Shown here: positions 1-6,784 of the stretch, piece by piece
Position numbering within the stretch: position 1 is the first letter of the stretch
Layout of the letters: each line of letters opens with the position of its first letter
The notes under the pieces: generated by a model
What the model was told of the DNA's origin: nothing
The model's input: only the letters and a program-made list of their open reading frames with translations
Database searches by the model: none
DNA from: a virus
Length of the DNA: 46,957 nucleotides
Virus record (IMG/VR): IMGVR_UViG_3300010376_000015
Span: 1 to 46,957 of that record
Reading direction: 5' to 3' (one strand)
Translations under genes and position numbers: made by a program

Positions 1-123
1 CTCGGCGAAGGTCAGCACGCCTAGCAGCAACGTCACACCGTAGTACCTGAGTACCTGTCAACGCGCGCGTCGCGTCACGCAGCATCATCGGTCGGGCCGC
101 GTCACATCACAAGCGCCACGCGA
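1..123. repeat. Left copy of an exact 123-bp direct terminal repeat
   Basis: Bases 1-123 are letter-for-letter identical to 46835-46957. The window is therefore one complete genome, either DTR-bounded or a circularly closed assembly. It contains the tandem heptamer GTACCTG-a-GTACCTG (43-57) and three CGTCAC motifs. Confidence 0.9.
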
Positions 124-264
124 CGCTAGGGAGATGATGTGACGCGAGCCTGGCCCCGCTTTTTTTCGTCCACAGGGCCAGATGGCCGACAGGCCGAACG
201 GCCCGAGGCCAGCCAAAGCTCCAGCTGTCTACGGCCACAGGGATGACAGGTTGGTTGGAACGGA

Positions 265-690
265 TTAGGATTCCTCATCGTCAGGTTTGAGACCAGGTCT
301 CGCCATATCGATGGTAATTTTGATCTCACCCGAGTGCTCTTGCTTTGTCCGAGGCGTGTGAAATCCCGTGGCCTCCATCACAAGCTTTGCAGCGTCCGTT
401 CTGCCACGTGATGCTCTTCTCACTTGGCCAGCCGTAGCTGATGGAAGGCCAACCACCATGTTGGCGCGTGATCGCTCGACTATCGTCCGCTGAAACTGCT
501 CATCTTTCCGAACCATGCGCCAGATCCGCGCACGAAGACGTTTTGCCTTCTTCTTGTCGGGGCCAGCTAGAGCTTTGGCGATTTGAGAAACGGTTTGGCC
601 CGCTTCGAGCTTTTCAATGATGGCTTCGTGAATCTCTTCGGTGCGCTCAGTGGATTTGGATTCGGGTTTTGTGGGTGCAGGTGTGGCCAT
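265..690 (-). CDS. HTH DNA-binding protein, possible terminase small subunit
   Basis: 141-aa ORF with an HTH-like 'GQTVSQIAKALAG' and a basic middle. The 'RTDAAKLVMEATG' segment resembles HTH-type small terminases (recalled pattern, not searched). It lies beside the terminal repeat and motif array. It has no SD and is preceded by TGGTAACAT-N6-ATG. Confidence 0.45.
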   Translation of the reverse strand: MATPAPTKPESKSTERTEEIHEAIIEKLEAGQTVSQIAKALAGPDKKKAKRLRARIWRMVRKDEQFQRTIVERSRANMVVGLPSATAGQVRRASRGRTDAAKLVMEATGFHTPRTKQEHSGEIKITIDMARPGLKPDDEES

Positions 691-696
691 GCCATG

Positions 697-705
697 ATGT
701 TACCA
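697..705 (-). promoter_or_regulatory. Extended -10 like element TGGTAACAT, 6 nt before the ATG of 265..690 (leaderless-type promoter candidate)
   Basis: The plus-strand ATGTTACCA at 697-705 reads TGGTAACAT on the minus strand. The same 9-mer at the same 6-nt distance precedes the ATG of 43434..45590. Neither gene has an SD. Confidence 0.4.
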
Positions 706-757
706 ACCATCGGTCCCAAAAAGTCGGTTGGTCCAAGCAGGAATTTCTCGGAAGAAA

Positions 758-1030
758 TCACGGGCAAGGGTAGCGAGTCGCACGGTAGTCGCGTATTACC
801 TCATCGAAAGCTCGCGGATCGAGTTCGGTGTGCTTACCGCAGGAACAGTTCTCTACAACCTGATCCCCGCCTTCGGTATACTCAGCCACAATCCCTTGGA
901 GGATGTCGAAGGCTCTGAGCATTTGGAATTCGGAGCCGTCGGACTCGTGTGGATCGTCGAAGGCTTCCCATATTTTTTCGGTCAGCTGTTTCCGCTCCTG
1001 AACGGATTGGCAAAGCTTCGGGTTAGGCAT
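758..1030 (-). CDS. Hypothetical early protein (90 aa)
   Basis: ORF with a GAGGAGG SD upstream of the ATG. It is tightly packed in a minus-strand operon. Confidence 0.65.
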   Translation of the reverse strand: MPNPKLCQSVQERKQLTEKIWEAFDDPHESDGSEFQMLRAFDILQGIVAEYTEGGDQVVENCSCGKHTELDPRAFDEVIRDYRATRYPCP

Positions 1031-1033
1031 CGG

Positions 1034-1255
1034 TTATTCCTCCTCTCGGATTACTTCACCGTATTCGCGAGCTGCCTCTTCGAGTGTGTGAAGCTCTTGG
1101 TGAATGATGGCGACCTGTCGGTCGATGTCGGTTTGCGGCGGACGAGCTTGTACGACGCCGATGAGATGAGCAATCTCACGGATGACTGCGCGGTTACTGA
1201 TCTTCAGCTTCCGTTGTGCGTCCTGAAATGCTGCGGGTCCCTTTGACGGGTCCAT
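1034..1255 (-). CDS. Hypothetical early protein (73 aa)
   Basis: ORF with a GGAG SD 8 nt upstream of the ATG. It sits 3 nt from its neighbours. Confidence 0.65.
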   Translation of the reverse strand: MDPSKGPAAFQDAQRKLKISNRAVIREIAHLIGVVQARPPQTDIDRQVAIIHQELHTLEEAAREYGEVIREEE

Positions 1256-1257
1256 TA

Positions 1258-1482
1258 TTAGTTCTCCTTGTTTTGGAATGTGGACGTGAACAGCTCGCGG
1301 ACGTGTTCGAGTGCGAGTAGGTCCTCAACTCGACCCTTGTTGGATTCGTCGCGGAACATGAGATCGAGCTGTTCCCGCTCGTTGTGTGTGGCTGACTGGG
1401 ACAGGACGTCGTCGGCGATGAACTCTTCGGTTGCCTCGATCATGCCGTCGAGTTCGATGAGAAAGCTCTCTTGCTGTTCCAT
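1258..1482 (-). CDS. Hypothetical acidic early protein (74 aa)
   Basis: Start placed at ATG 1482, which overlaps the upstream stop as TAATG. The longer 103-aa track ORF would overlap the upstream gene by 88 nt. Confidence 0.55.
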   Translation of the reverse strand: MEQQESFLIELDGMIEATEEFIADDVLSQSATHNEREQLDLMFRDESNKGRVEDLLALEHVRELFTSTFQNKEN

Positions 1483-1739
1483 TAGTTCTGCCCCAAGTTC
1501 AGGTAGCGTTCGGCGTAACGGTTGAGTGGGTCGTCGGAATTGGTAGCGAGTGAAAGCTTGAGCGCGCACAGGGCATCGCGGTACATGGCGGCGCGGACGT
1601 TCGTTTCGGGACAGTCGGGTTTGCGGATGTCACAGGCTTCGAGCACATCCTGGATGAAGTCGGGGTAAGCAGGCGTGTGGGTTTTGTATTGGTAGTTGGT
1701 CATGACTTTCGCGTGATTCGTGTTTACGTACACACGCAT
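1482..1739 (-). CDS. Hypothetical early protein (85 aa), first gene of the minus-strand early operon
   Basis: ORF without an SD. An in-frame GTG at 1733 lies 7 nt downstream of the GATCAT -10 box, so translation may be leaderless from there. Confidence 0.6.
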   Translation of the reverse strand: MRVYVNTNHAKVMTNYQYKTHTPAYPDFIQDVLEACDIRKPDCPETNVRAAMYRDALCALKLSLATNSDDPLNRYAERYLNLGQN

Positions 1740-1768
1740 ATGATCGCAACCAGAGATCCATGGGTCAA
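1740..1768 (-). promoter_or_regulatory. Sigma-70/SigA-like promoter TTGACC-N17-GATCAT
   Basis: On the minus strand, TTGACC (1768-1763), a 17-nt spacer and GATCAT (1745-1740) lie directly upstream of the operon. It shares the TTGAC-N17-GAnnAT layout with three plus-strand sites. Confidence 0.45.
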
Positions 1769-1864
1769 ATAAAAAACACCATCCACAGCCACAATCCCGT
1801 CATGCTAGGCCAACCGAAGCTTTGGACACCATTCCGCGTCAGGTTGCAAAAATGCCACAGGTAA

Positions 1865-1893
1865 TTGAAACCCTAGAATCCGCGTGCGACAAT
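1865..1893 (+). promoter_or_regulatory. Sigma-70/SigA-like promoter TTGAAA-N17-GACAAT
   Basis: TTGAAA at 1865-1870, a 17-nt spacer and GACAAT at 1888-1893, in the divergent intergenic region upstream of the plus-strand early genes. Confidence 0.45.
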
Positions 1894-1942
1894 GTGTGCG
1901 AACACGTACATGTTCCACATCACGCAACAGGGAGAAACAACC

Positions 1943-2125
1943 ATGCCGCGTTCCATATCCGAACTCGACGCTGCACGCCGCATCGTCAAAGAGCTCGCAC
2001 ATACTGCCTATGAGGTGCGAGGACCCGAGCACGACATTACCGAAGCTCTCATGCTCACTCAAGCATTCATGGCATCCGTGATCGAACACGAGCTCAATCT
2101 CATCGACTTCAACAACTCGCAATGA
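1943..2125 (+). CDS. Hypothetical early protein (60 aa)
   Basis: Start placed at ATG 1943, 8 nt after a GGGAG SD. The longer track ORF start at 1892 overlaps the predicted -10 box. Confidence 0.55.
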   Translation: MPRSISELDAARRIVKELAHTAYEVRGPEHDITEALMLTQAFMASVIEHELNLIDFNNSQ

Positions 2126-2251
2126 CTCGCTCGCTCGCGCGACGGATCCACAACAACGTCCATCGACGCCCAAGACCGAAGAATCCAACTCAATTCCGTA
2201 ACCGAATCAACCAAGCAGCACACACCTACCGAGTTCCTGAGAGGAAAGTTC

Positions 2252-2488
2252 ATGCCGCGCTCACCGCAATCCGCAACGCCTAACCGCACATACCTCGTCA
2301 ACCAACGTGTCAAGCTCATCTGCTGCACCGATCCGTACGTCTCAATGCCGCAAGGGATGGAAGGAACGGTGAAGTTCGTGGATGCCCTCGATACTGTCCA
2401 CGTGCAATGGGACGACGGACGATACCTCGGCATGTGTCACGCCGCAGGAGATCGCTTCATCGTCCTCAACCCAGACCCAATCGACTGA
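2252..2488 (+). CDS. DUF4314-like small SH3-type protein
   Basis: 78 aa. 'RVKLI...DPYVSMPQGMEGTVKFVD..DTVHVQWDDGRYLGM..GDRF' matches my recollection of the DUF4314 pattern. A GAGAGGAAA SD is present. Confidence 0.55.
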   Translation: MPRSPQSATPNRTYLVNQRVKLICCTDPYVSMPQGMEGTVKFVDALDTVHVQWDDGRYLGMCHAAGDRFIVLNPDPID

Positions 2489-2489
2489 C

Positions 2490-2654
2490 ATGGTCCCACC
2501 CCGAAAGCAACTCATCGCCATCACCATCGTCTCAATCCTGATTCTCATTCTCCTGTACGCGGCGCGGGAATGGGAACACAGCGAAGCGTACCGACAAGAT
2601 AAGATCGCTGTCGGAGTCGAAGCTCAAGAAGAAAGGGAAGGTAAGCAACCGTAA
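2490..2654 (+). CDS. Small membrane protein (54 aa)
   Basis: ATG 2 nt after the upstream stop. One clear hydrophobic helix, 'LIAITIVSILILILLYAA'. Confidence 0.5.
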   Translation: MVPPRKQLIAITIVSILILILLYAAREWEHSEAYRQDKIAVGVEAQEEREGKQP

Positions 2655-2824
2655 TGCCAGGACCCTGGGACCATCTCACAGATGAGGAAAAGCTCGAAAA
2701 TGGCGACTACATCAACGAGCTGAGATTCGGAGGATCCAGCGAGTCAGACCAGGAGATCAAGGAACGAGTGTACCACGAGATAATGGAAGACGAATTCCCC
2801 GAGCTCGAGGAGGAAGAGTACTGA
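2654..2824 (+). CDS. Small acidic protein (56 aa)
   Basis: Read by hand because it is below the track's size cutoff. It is linked to both neighbours by TAATG and TGATG overlaps and fills an otherwise empty gap. Confidence 0.5.
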   Translation: MPGPWDHLTDEEKLENGDYINELRFGGSSESDQEIKERVYHEIMEDEFPELEEEEY

Positions 2825-3126
2825 TGCCCAAAAAGACCAAGCAGCACACACAGACCACAAGCATCGAGGGTAAAGACAAGTTCGGCAGCTTTGAGCTTGT
2901 GGCGAGCACAGCCTGCAATGTGTGCCGACCGTCCCCGAGAACGGCGGATCCGAACATCTGCGTCCGATACCGAGGCATGATCCTACCGCCGGGCATCGCG
3001 CTCGAAGACACCATTCTCAAGCCACCAGTCAAGGAGATCGGCATCCTGTGTGGCTGTTACGCCAAGTTTCACCGACAAGTCGCTCACATCCAAGACAAGA
3101 TCAAGCAGAAGGAGGAAGAAGAGTAA
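2824..3126 (+). CDS. Cys-containing hypothetical protein (100 aa), possible zinc binding
   Basis: ORF coupled by TGATG. Contains 'CNVC' and 'CGC' cysteine pairs. Confidence 0.55.
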   Translation: MPKKTKQHTQTTSIEGKDKFGSFELVASTACNVCRPSPRTADPNICVRYRGMILPPGIALEDTILKPPVKEIGILCGCYAKFHRQVAHIQDKIKQKEEEE

Positions 3127-3458
3127 TGGCAAAACTCGACGAAGTTCCACAGCTCATCATCGAGGGAAAGTTCGACACCATGCTCGACGCCATCGGACAC
3201 GCAATTCGTAGCCGACGAGAACACATGGAGGCAAGACAAGCAACTGAAAACTTGGCGAAGCTCAAGCCAGGAACGCGCGTTGTCCTGCGGAAACTCAAGC
3301 CCAAATACCTGAACGGGATGGAAGGTATCGTTTCCGACAGACCATCCAGACGCCCCGGAGACATCTCAGTCGACATGGACTACGCACCGTCCGACCGTTA
3401 CGGAACACATCTCAACGTCCCCGCTGCCTGTCTCGAAAGGATCAAGACACATGCCTAA
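3126..3458 (+). CDS. Hypothetical protein with SH3/KOW-like segment (110 aa)
   Basis: Start at ATG 3126, overlapping the upstream stop as TAATG. 'KPGTRVVLRKLKPKYLNGMEGIVSD' resembles the DUF4314-like neighbour. Confidence 0.55.
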   Translation: MAKLDEVPQLIIEGKFDTMLDAIGHAIRSRREHMEARQATENLAKLKPGTRVVLRKLKPKYLNGMEGIVSDRPSRRPGDISVDMDYAPSDRYGTHLNVPAACLERIKTHA

Positions 3459-3618
3459 ACTCAGCCGCGAGAGCCACAACATCGTGGAAGCACACATCAC
3501 AGAGGCGGAAAGGCAGATCAAGCAGGCGATCAAGATTCTCAGAGACAACGGACTGACTGCAAGAGCGATGGATTTGGAGGAGTCGCTCGTCTACATCTCA
3601 GAAGGAAGGGATAACTGA
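3451..3618 (+). CDS. Small hypothetical protein (55 aa)
   Basis: Read by hand. Its ATG overlaps the end of the upstream gene by 8 nt, and it fills the gap before 3620. Confidence 0.45.
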   Translation: MPKLSRESHNIVEAHITEAERQIKQAIKILRDNGLTARAMDLEESLVYISEGRDN

Positions 3619-3619
3619 C

Positions 3620-3811
3620 ATGGAGAAAGATCGCACATACGTCATCACCGCATCCGTCTACGTGGACGGTGTCGCAGACCCGAGAGAGGCAACGGAAGCG
3701 GTTGAAAGCTTCAACGAAAACGAGAACGAGGGCTTCAATCCCGTGAAAATCGAGATTCGGTTGCCGGACAGACACGAGGGAAACAGTCGCTGGGAGCAAT
3801 CCGGGAACTAA
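3620..3811 (+). CDS. Small acidic hypothetical protein (63 aa)
   Basis: ORF starting 2 nt after the upstream stop. Confidence 0.55.
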   Translation: MEKDRTYVITASVYVDGVADPREATEAVESFNENENEGFNPVKIEIRLPDRHEGNSRWEQSGN

Positions 3812-3842
3812 ACACAGCCACAAAAGAAAATGCCACGCCGCC

Positions 3843-3871
3843 TTGACCACACAGCTTCCAGGTGATACATT
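3843..3871 (+). promoter_or_regulatory. Sigma-70/SigA-like promoter TTGACC-N17-TGaTACATT
   Basis: TTGACC at 3843-3848, a 17-nt spacer and TACATT at 3866-3871 with an upstream TG (extended -10). The ATG at 3882 follows 10 nt after the -10 box with no SD. Confidence 0.55.
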
Positions 3872-3881
3872 AGACTTGTAG

Positions 3882-4892
3882 ATGCACACAGCTCAGTGCA
3901 CCCTACACAACAACCGCATCCATGAGATACCCGACAAGCAAACACGCCCTCACGCGGCGAAGGGAGGTGATGTGCCAAGATCCAGGTCCCGGTCAAGTAA
4001 GTATTCCCGACCGATCCGCGAGACTGCGCCACGCCACATCCATTGGCGCACGATACGGACCTACGAAGGGATCTACCGAACAGGCAAGACCAAACGACAT
4101 CCAAAACCAATCAGGGTAAGGGTTCGACAACTCACGCCCTTACCGAAAACCAAGACCCTACACACACCACAAGGTGTGCGTAAGCTCACACTGATCCCAA
4201 AATCCAAGAAAGTCATACGGAAAGAGGTAATCATCGTGGCAAAGACAGCCACCAAAACCAAAAACCGCACCAAAACGAAAGACCCGAAGTCCGACAAAGC
4301 CAAGGCCAAAACGCGGAAAAAGGCTGTCGAGGAAGACGAGCTCGATGACGAGCTTGACGACCTCGAGGAGCTCGTAGACGACGACGAGACGGACGTCGAG
4401 GACGAGGAGGACGAGGACACCGAGGACTCAGCCGACGAGGATGAGGACGAGGATGAGGACGAAGACGAGGATGAGGACGACGAGGACGTCGAACCTCCCA
4501 AGGCAAAGAAGAAAAAAGGCAGGAAGAAAGGAACAAAGGGCGCATCGCCCATCGGACGGAAAGGTCCGCGCGACGGAAAGGTTGGATCGTCGGAGGTTGC
4601 AGAACACTTCGACATTGACGCCCGTTCCCTGCGGATGCTCCTCAGGAAGTACGAAGTCGAGAAGGACGAGGAGACAAGCAGATACGAATGGGACTCGGTC
4701 GACGACCCCGCCCTCAAACCAATCGCCAAAGCAGTCAAAAAGGGCGAGCACACGAAAGCTCGGGCTGAACAGTTCGAGAACCTGAAGCAGAAAGGTGAGG
4801 AAAAGAAAGCCGCGAAGAAGGAAGCGAAGGAAGCAAAGAAAAAGAAGAAAAGGAAAAAAGAAGCTGAACTCGAAGACGAGGACGACGAGTAA
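3882..4892 (+). CDS. Hyper-charged protein: basic N-terminus, Lys-rich blocks and a poly-Asp/Glu block
   Basis: 336-aa ORF. The part from GTG 4236 onward (AGAGG SD) is certainly coding: a Lys-rich run, then an uninterrupted acidic run, then 'KKKKGRKKG', a small globular segment and a Lys/Glu tail. Whether translation starts at 3882 (near-leaderless, right after the promoter) or at 4236 is unresolved. Confidence 0.55.
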   Translation: MHTAQCTLHNNRIHEIPDKQTRPHAAKGGDVPRSRSRSSKYSRPIRETAPRHIHWRTIRTYEGIYRTGKTKRHPKPIRVRVRQLTPLPKTKTLHTPQGVRKLTLIPKSKKVIRKEVIIVAKTATKTKNRTKTKDPKSDKAKAKTRKKAVEEDELDDELDDLEELVDDDETDVEDEEDEDTEDSADEDEDEDEDEDEDEDDEDVEPPKAKKKKGRKKGTKGASPIGRKGPRDGKVGSSEVAEHFDIDARSLRMLLRKYEVEKDEETSRYEWDSVDDPALKPIAKAVKKGEHTKARAEQFENLKQKGEEKKAAKKEAKEAKKKKKRKKEAELEDEDDE

Positions 4893-4920
4893 AGCTTCAG
4901 CTTCAAGCACTACGGATCAT

Positions 4921-4952
4921 GGGCGGCGGCGTTTTCCCAGGCGTCGTCGCCC
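4921..4952 (+). terminator. Strand-specific GC-rich hairpin after the charged-protein gene
   Basis: GGGCGGCGGCG (4921-4931) pairs with CGTCGTCGCCC (4942-4952) across a 10-nt loop. Two of the 11 pairs are G-U, so they form only in plus-sense RNA. No U-tract follows. Confidence 0.4.
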
Positions 4953-5259
4953 ACTCAAACAAGCTTCAACCAAAAACCCAACCCACCAACCCAACAACTC
5001 AACAACTTCGTCAGTAGTCTCCCTGCTGGCGGAGCACACATTCTGAGGATGGCATCCAGAGCAACTCGATGCTGACACCCAACCACGGGGCGCGTCGAGG
5101 GATAGACCCTCAGATGTGTGTCGCGTGACGGAATAGCTCCCGTCGCCTGCCTATATCGCACACCATAGGTGTGTGCGGCGGGAGCGTTCCGTCCCAAGAC
5201 AAAAGCTCAGCGAACCAAACGAACTCGAAACGAACCCGAAAGCTCAACCGGAGAAGCAA

Positions 5260-6042
5260 GTGACACCCGACCAAAAGCTACTGAACCGATTGCGCTCAGT
5301 CCGCACTATGCGCGAGCGTGGGGGAACTCCGGGCGAGAGACAAGCAGCAGCTCACTTGCTGCAGAGATTACTCGCCAAGCACAATCTGACCGAGTCCGAC
5401 ATTCCGCGAGACGACGAACGGTCCCACGCACGCAGCTACTGGGGCTACGAGCCACCACCTCGCTACACGCGCAGACGCCCACCACCAAGAAGCTACAACC
5501 GCCCACCACCACGCCAACCACCCCCCAGAACGGGCCCGGACCAATGGGAGGAATTCAGACGACGAGCACAACAGCAAGCCGACGACTTCGCGCAGCAGCA
5601 GCGTGAGCACGCAGCGGGCATGGGCAATCCATTCTCCAGATCAATCCGTACCAAAGGACGAGTCAAATGGCAGGGCGAACTCTTCGTGCGTCTCGCTAAA
5701 GCCTACAAACACCCAACTTCAACCACACAAATCAAAGGTACCAAAGAAACGGAATGGACGGCGTACTTCAGCCTCGAACGCGAGCGAGAGCAATTCGTCG
5801 CTACCTACACGGGAATTACCGTCGAACTCAAACGGAAAGCCACACAATCCAGAAAGTTGCACGCTCCCAAAAACCCCAATGCCTTCAACCGTGCCTACTT
5901 CGCGGGAGCCACACACCGTTTGGTGGAGCGGCTCATGATCCGCGAGTTCCGTGACCCACACGCCAGGAAATACAAGGACAAGAACGCCTACGCAGCGGGT
6001 TACAGCGACGCAGATGCGGTGATATTCGCACGGCGTTCCTAA
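5260..6042 (+). CDS. DUF2786-like protein
   Basis: 'KLLNRLRSVRTMRERGGTPGERQAAAHLLQRLLAKHNL' resembles the DUF2786 N-terminal helix pair (recalled). A Pro/Arg-rich linker follows, then a C-terminal domain. Start placed at GTG 5260 (GGAG SD 7 nt upstream); the ORF is open from GTG 5173. Confidence 0.5.
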   Translation: MTPDQKLLNRLRSVRTMRERGGTPGERQAAAHLLQRLLAKHNLTESDIPRDDERSHARSYWGYEPPPRYTRRRPPPRSYNRPPPRQPPPRTGPDQWEEFRRRAQQQADDFAQQQREHAAGMGNPFSRSIRTKGRVKWQGELFVRLAKAYKHPTSTTQIKGTKETEWTAYFSLEREREQFVATYTGITVELKRKATQSRKLHAPKNPNAFNRAYFAGATHRLVERLMIREFRDPHARKYKDKNAYAAGYSDADAVIFARRS

Positions 6043-6141
6043 ATCGTCCCTCAGCGAAAGAATCGTTCACACGTATATCGACACACATTTTTCGATTCGA
6101 GATCCTACGGACGTCCCAAGAACGCTCAGATTTGACGTCCG

Positions 6142-6171
6142 ATCGACGCACATCGACGCACATCGACGCGG
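6142..6171. repeat. Tandem 10-bp repeat ATCGACGCAC x3 (third copy ATCGACGCGG)
   Basis: Read directly from the sequence. It lies in the 740-bp block that has no convincing gene, next to two GACGTCC copies (6110-6116 and 6134-6140). Confidence 0.85.
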
Positions 6172-6188
6172 GAATCAAACCAACGACA

Positions 6189-6229
6189 AAGCCCCCGGTT
6201 GCAGATCCCAACATGCAAACCGGGGGCTT
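6189..6229. terminator. Strong GC-rich hairpin between convergent transcription units
   Basis: AAGCCCCCGGTT (6189-6200) pairs perfectly with AACCGGGGGCTT (6218-6229), a 12-bp stem. It lies between the plus-strand DUF2786 gene and the minus-strand helicase operon. There is no U-tract. Confidence 0.5.
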
Positions 6230-6483
6230 CGTGTCCTGCAACTGCACCTACGCGAGTTTCCTTCAGATCCGACAGCTCGTTGCGCACGAGCAATGTTCCC
6301 GACCAACCCGGAATCCGCATCCGCAACCCGCGACTCACACGCGGCGAAGTTTGGTTAGTCAGTATGTGAAACACATCGTATCAACCTCACTTCTCAATTC
6401 TCTCTCGCGAGATCACGTGGTACTCGTGGAGCCTATGCCAGTCTACTCGGATGGCTTTGTACTGTCCCCTAGCATCTATTCTC

Positions 6484-6591
6484 TCACAGATCACCAGGCA
6501 CAATCTTCACAACCGTTTTTGGAAGAGAACCTCTCTTCTTCCGATAAAGCACATCATCGATGCCGACAATCCTGCGGACAACTCTCACCAT
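6484..6591 (-). CDS. Candidate 35-aa basic micro-ORF
   Basis: ATG at 6591 is preceded by GAGGAGGAG with a 2-nt gap. The peptide is 'MVRVVRRIVGIDDVLYRKKRGSLPKTVVKIVPGDL'. No homology recognised. Confidence 0.25.
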   Translation of the reverse strand: MVRVVRRIVGIDDVLYRKKRGSLPKTVVKIVPGDL

Positions 6592-6697
6592 TTCTCCTCC
6601 TCGCGCGTGCGTGCGTATGCACCCGCTCGCTGACGCTGGGACATAAATCCCTTCGGGATTGTCCCATGCGTCGCGCGCGAGGAGTGCATTACAACAG

Positions 6698-6770
6698 GTT
6701 TTCAAGATCCGCAAAGCGATCTCATAACAGTTTTCAAGATCGTCTTTTTAGCGCCCAGGGGTTTTCAAGA
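6698..6770. repeat. Three iteron-like direct repeats GTTTTCAAGA at 31-32 bp spacing
   Basis: Copies at 6698, 6730 and 6761. The first two extend to AACAG(G)TTTTCAAGATC. A fourth copy, GTTTTCAAG, sits at 6903 inside the helicase 3' end. The array lies immediately 3' of the primase-helicase operon. Confidence 0.8.
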
Positions 6771-6784
6771 CTCACCACGTATGC

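Noticed and set aside
139-175. T7 run (161-167) as an intrinsic terminator after the small basic gene
   Set aside because: The preceding GC-rich segment forms only a 3-4 bp imperfect stem. The better 7-bp stem (CTGGCCC at 150-156 pairing with GGGCCAG at 175-181) places the T-run in the loop. The support is not convincing.
2122-2281. 53-codon Arg-rich ORF in the 2126-2251 gap (ATGA-coupled to the upstream gene)
   Set aside because: Its highly basic composition looks off-frame, and it overlaps the well-supported SD and start of the DUF4314-like gene. The evidence is insufficient.
4073-4906. 277-aa poly-Ser minus-strand ORF and other overlapping ORFs in the acidic tract
   Set aside because: They are antisense or off-frame readings of the (GAN)n Asp/Glu-coding tract. 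The tract is coding low complexity, not a CRISPR array or satellite.
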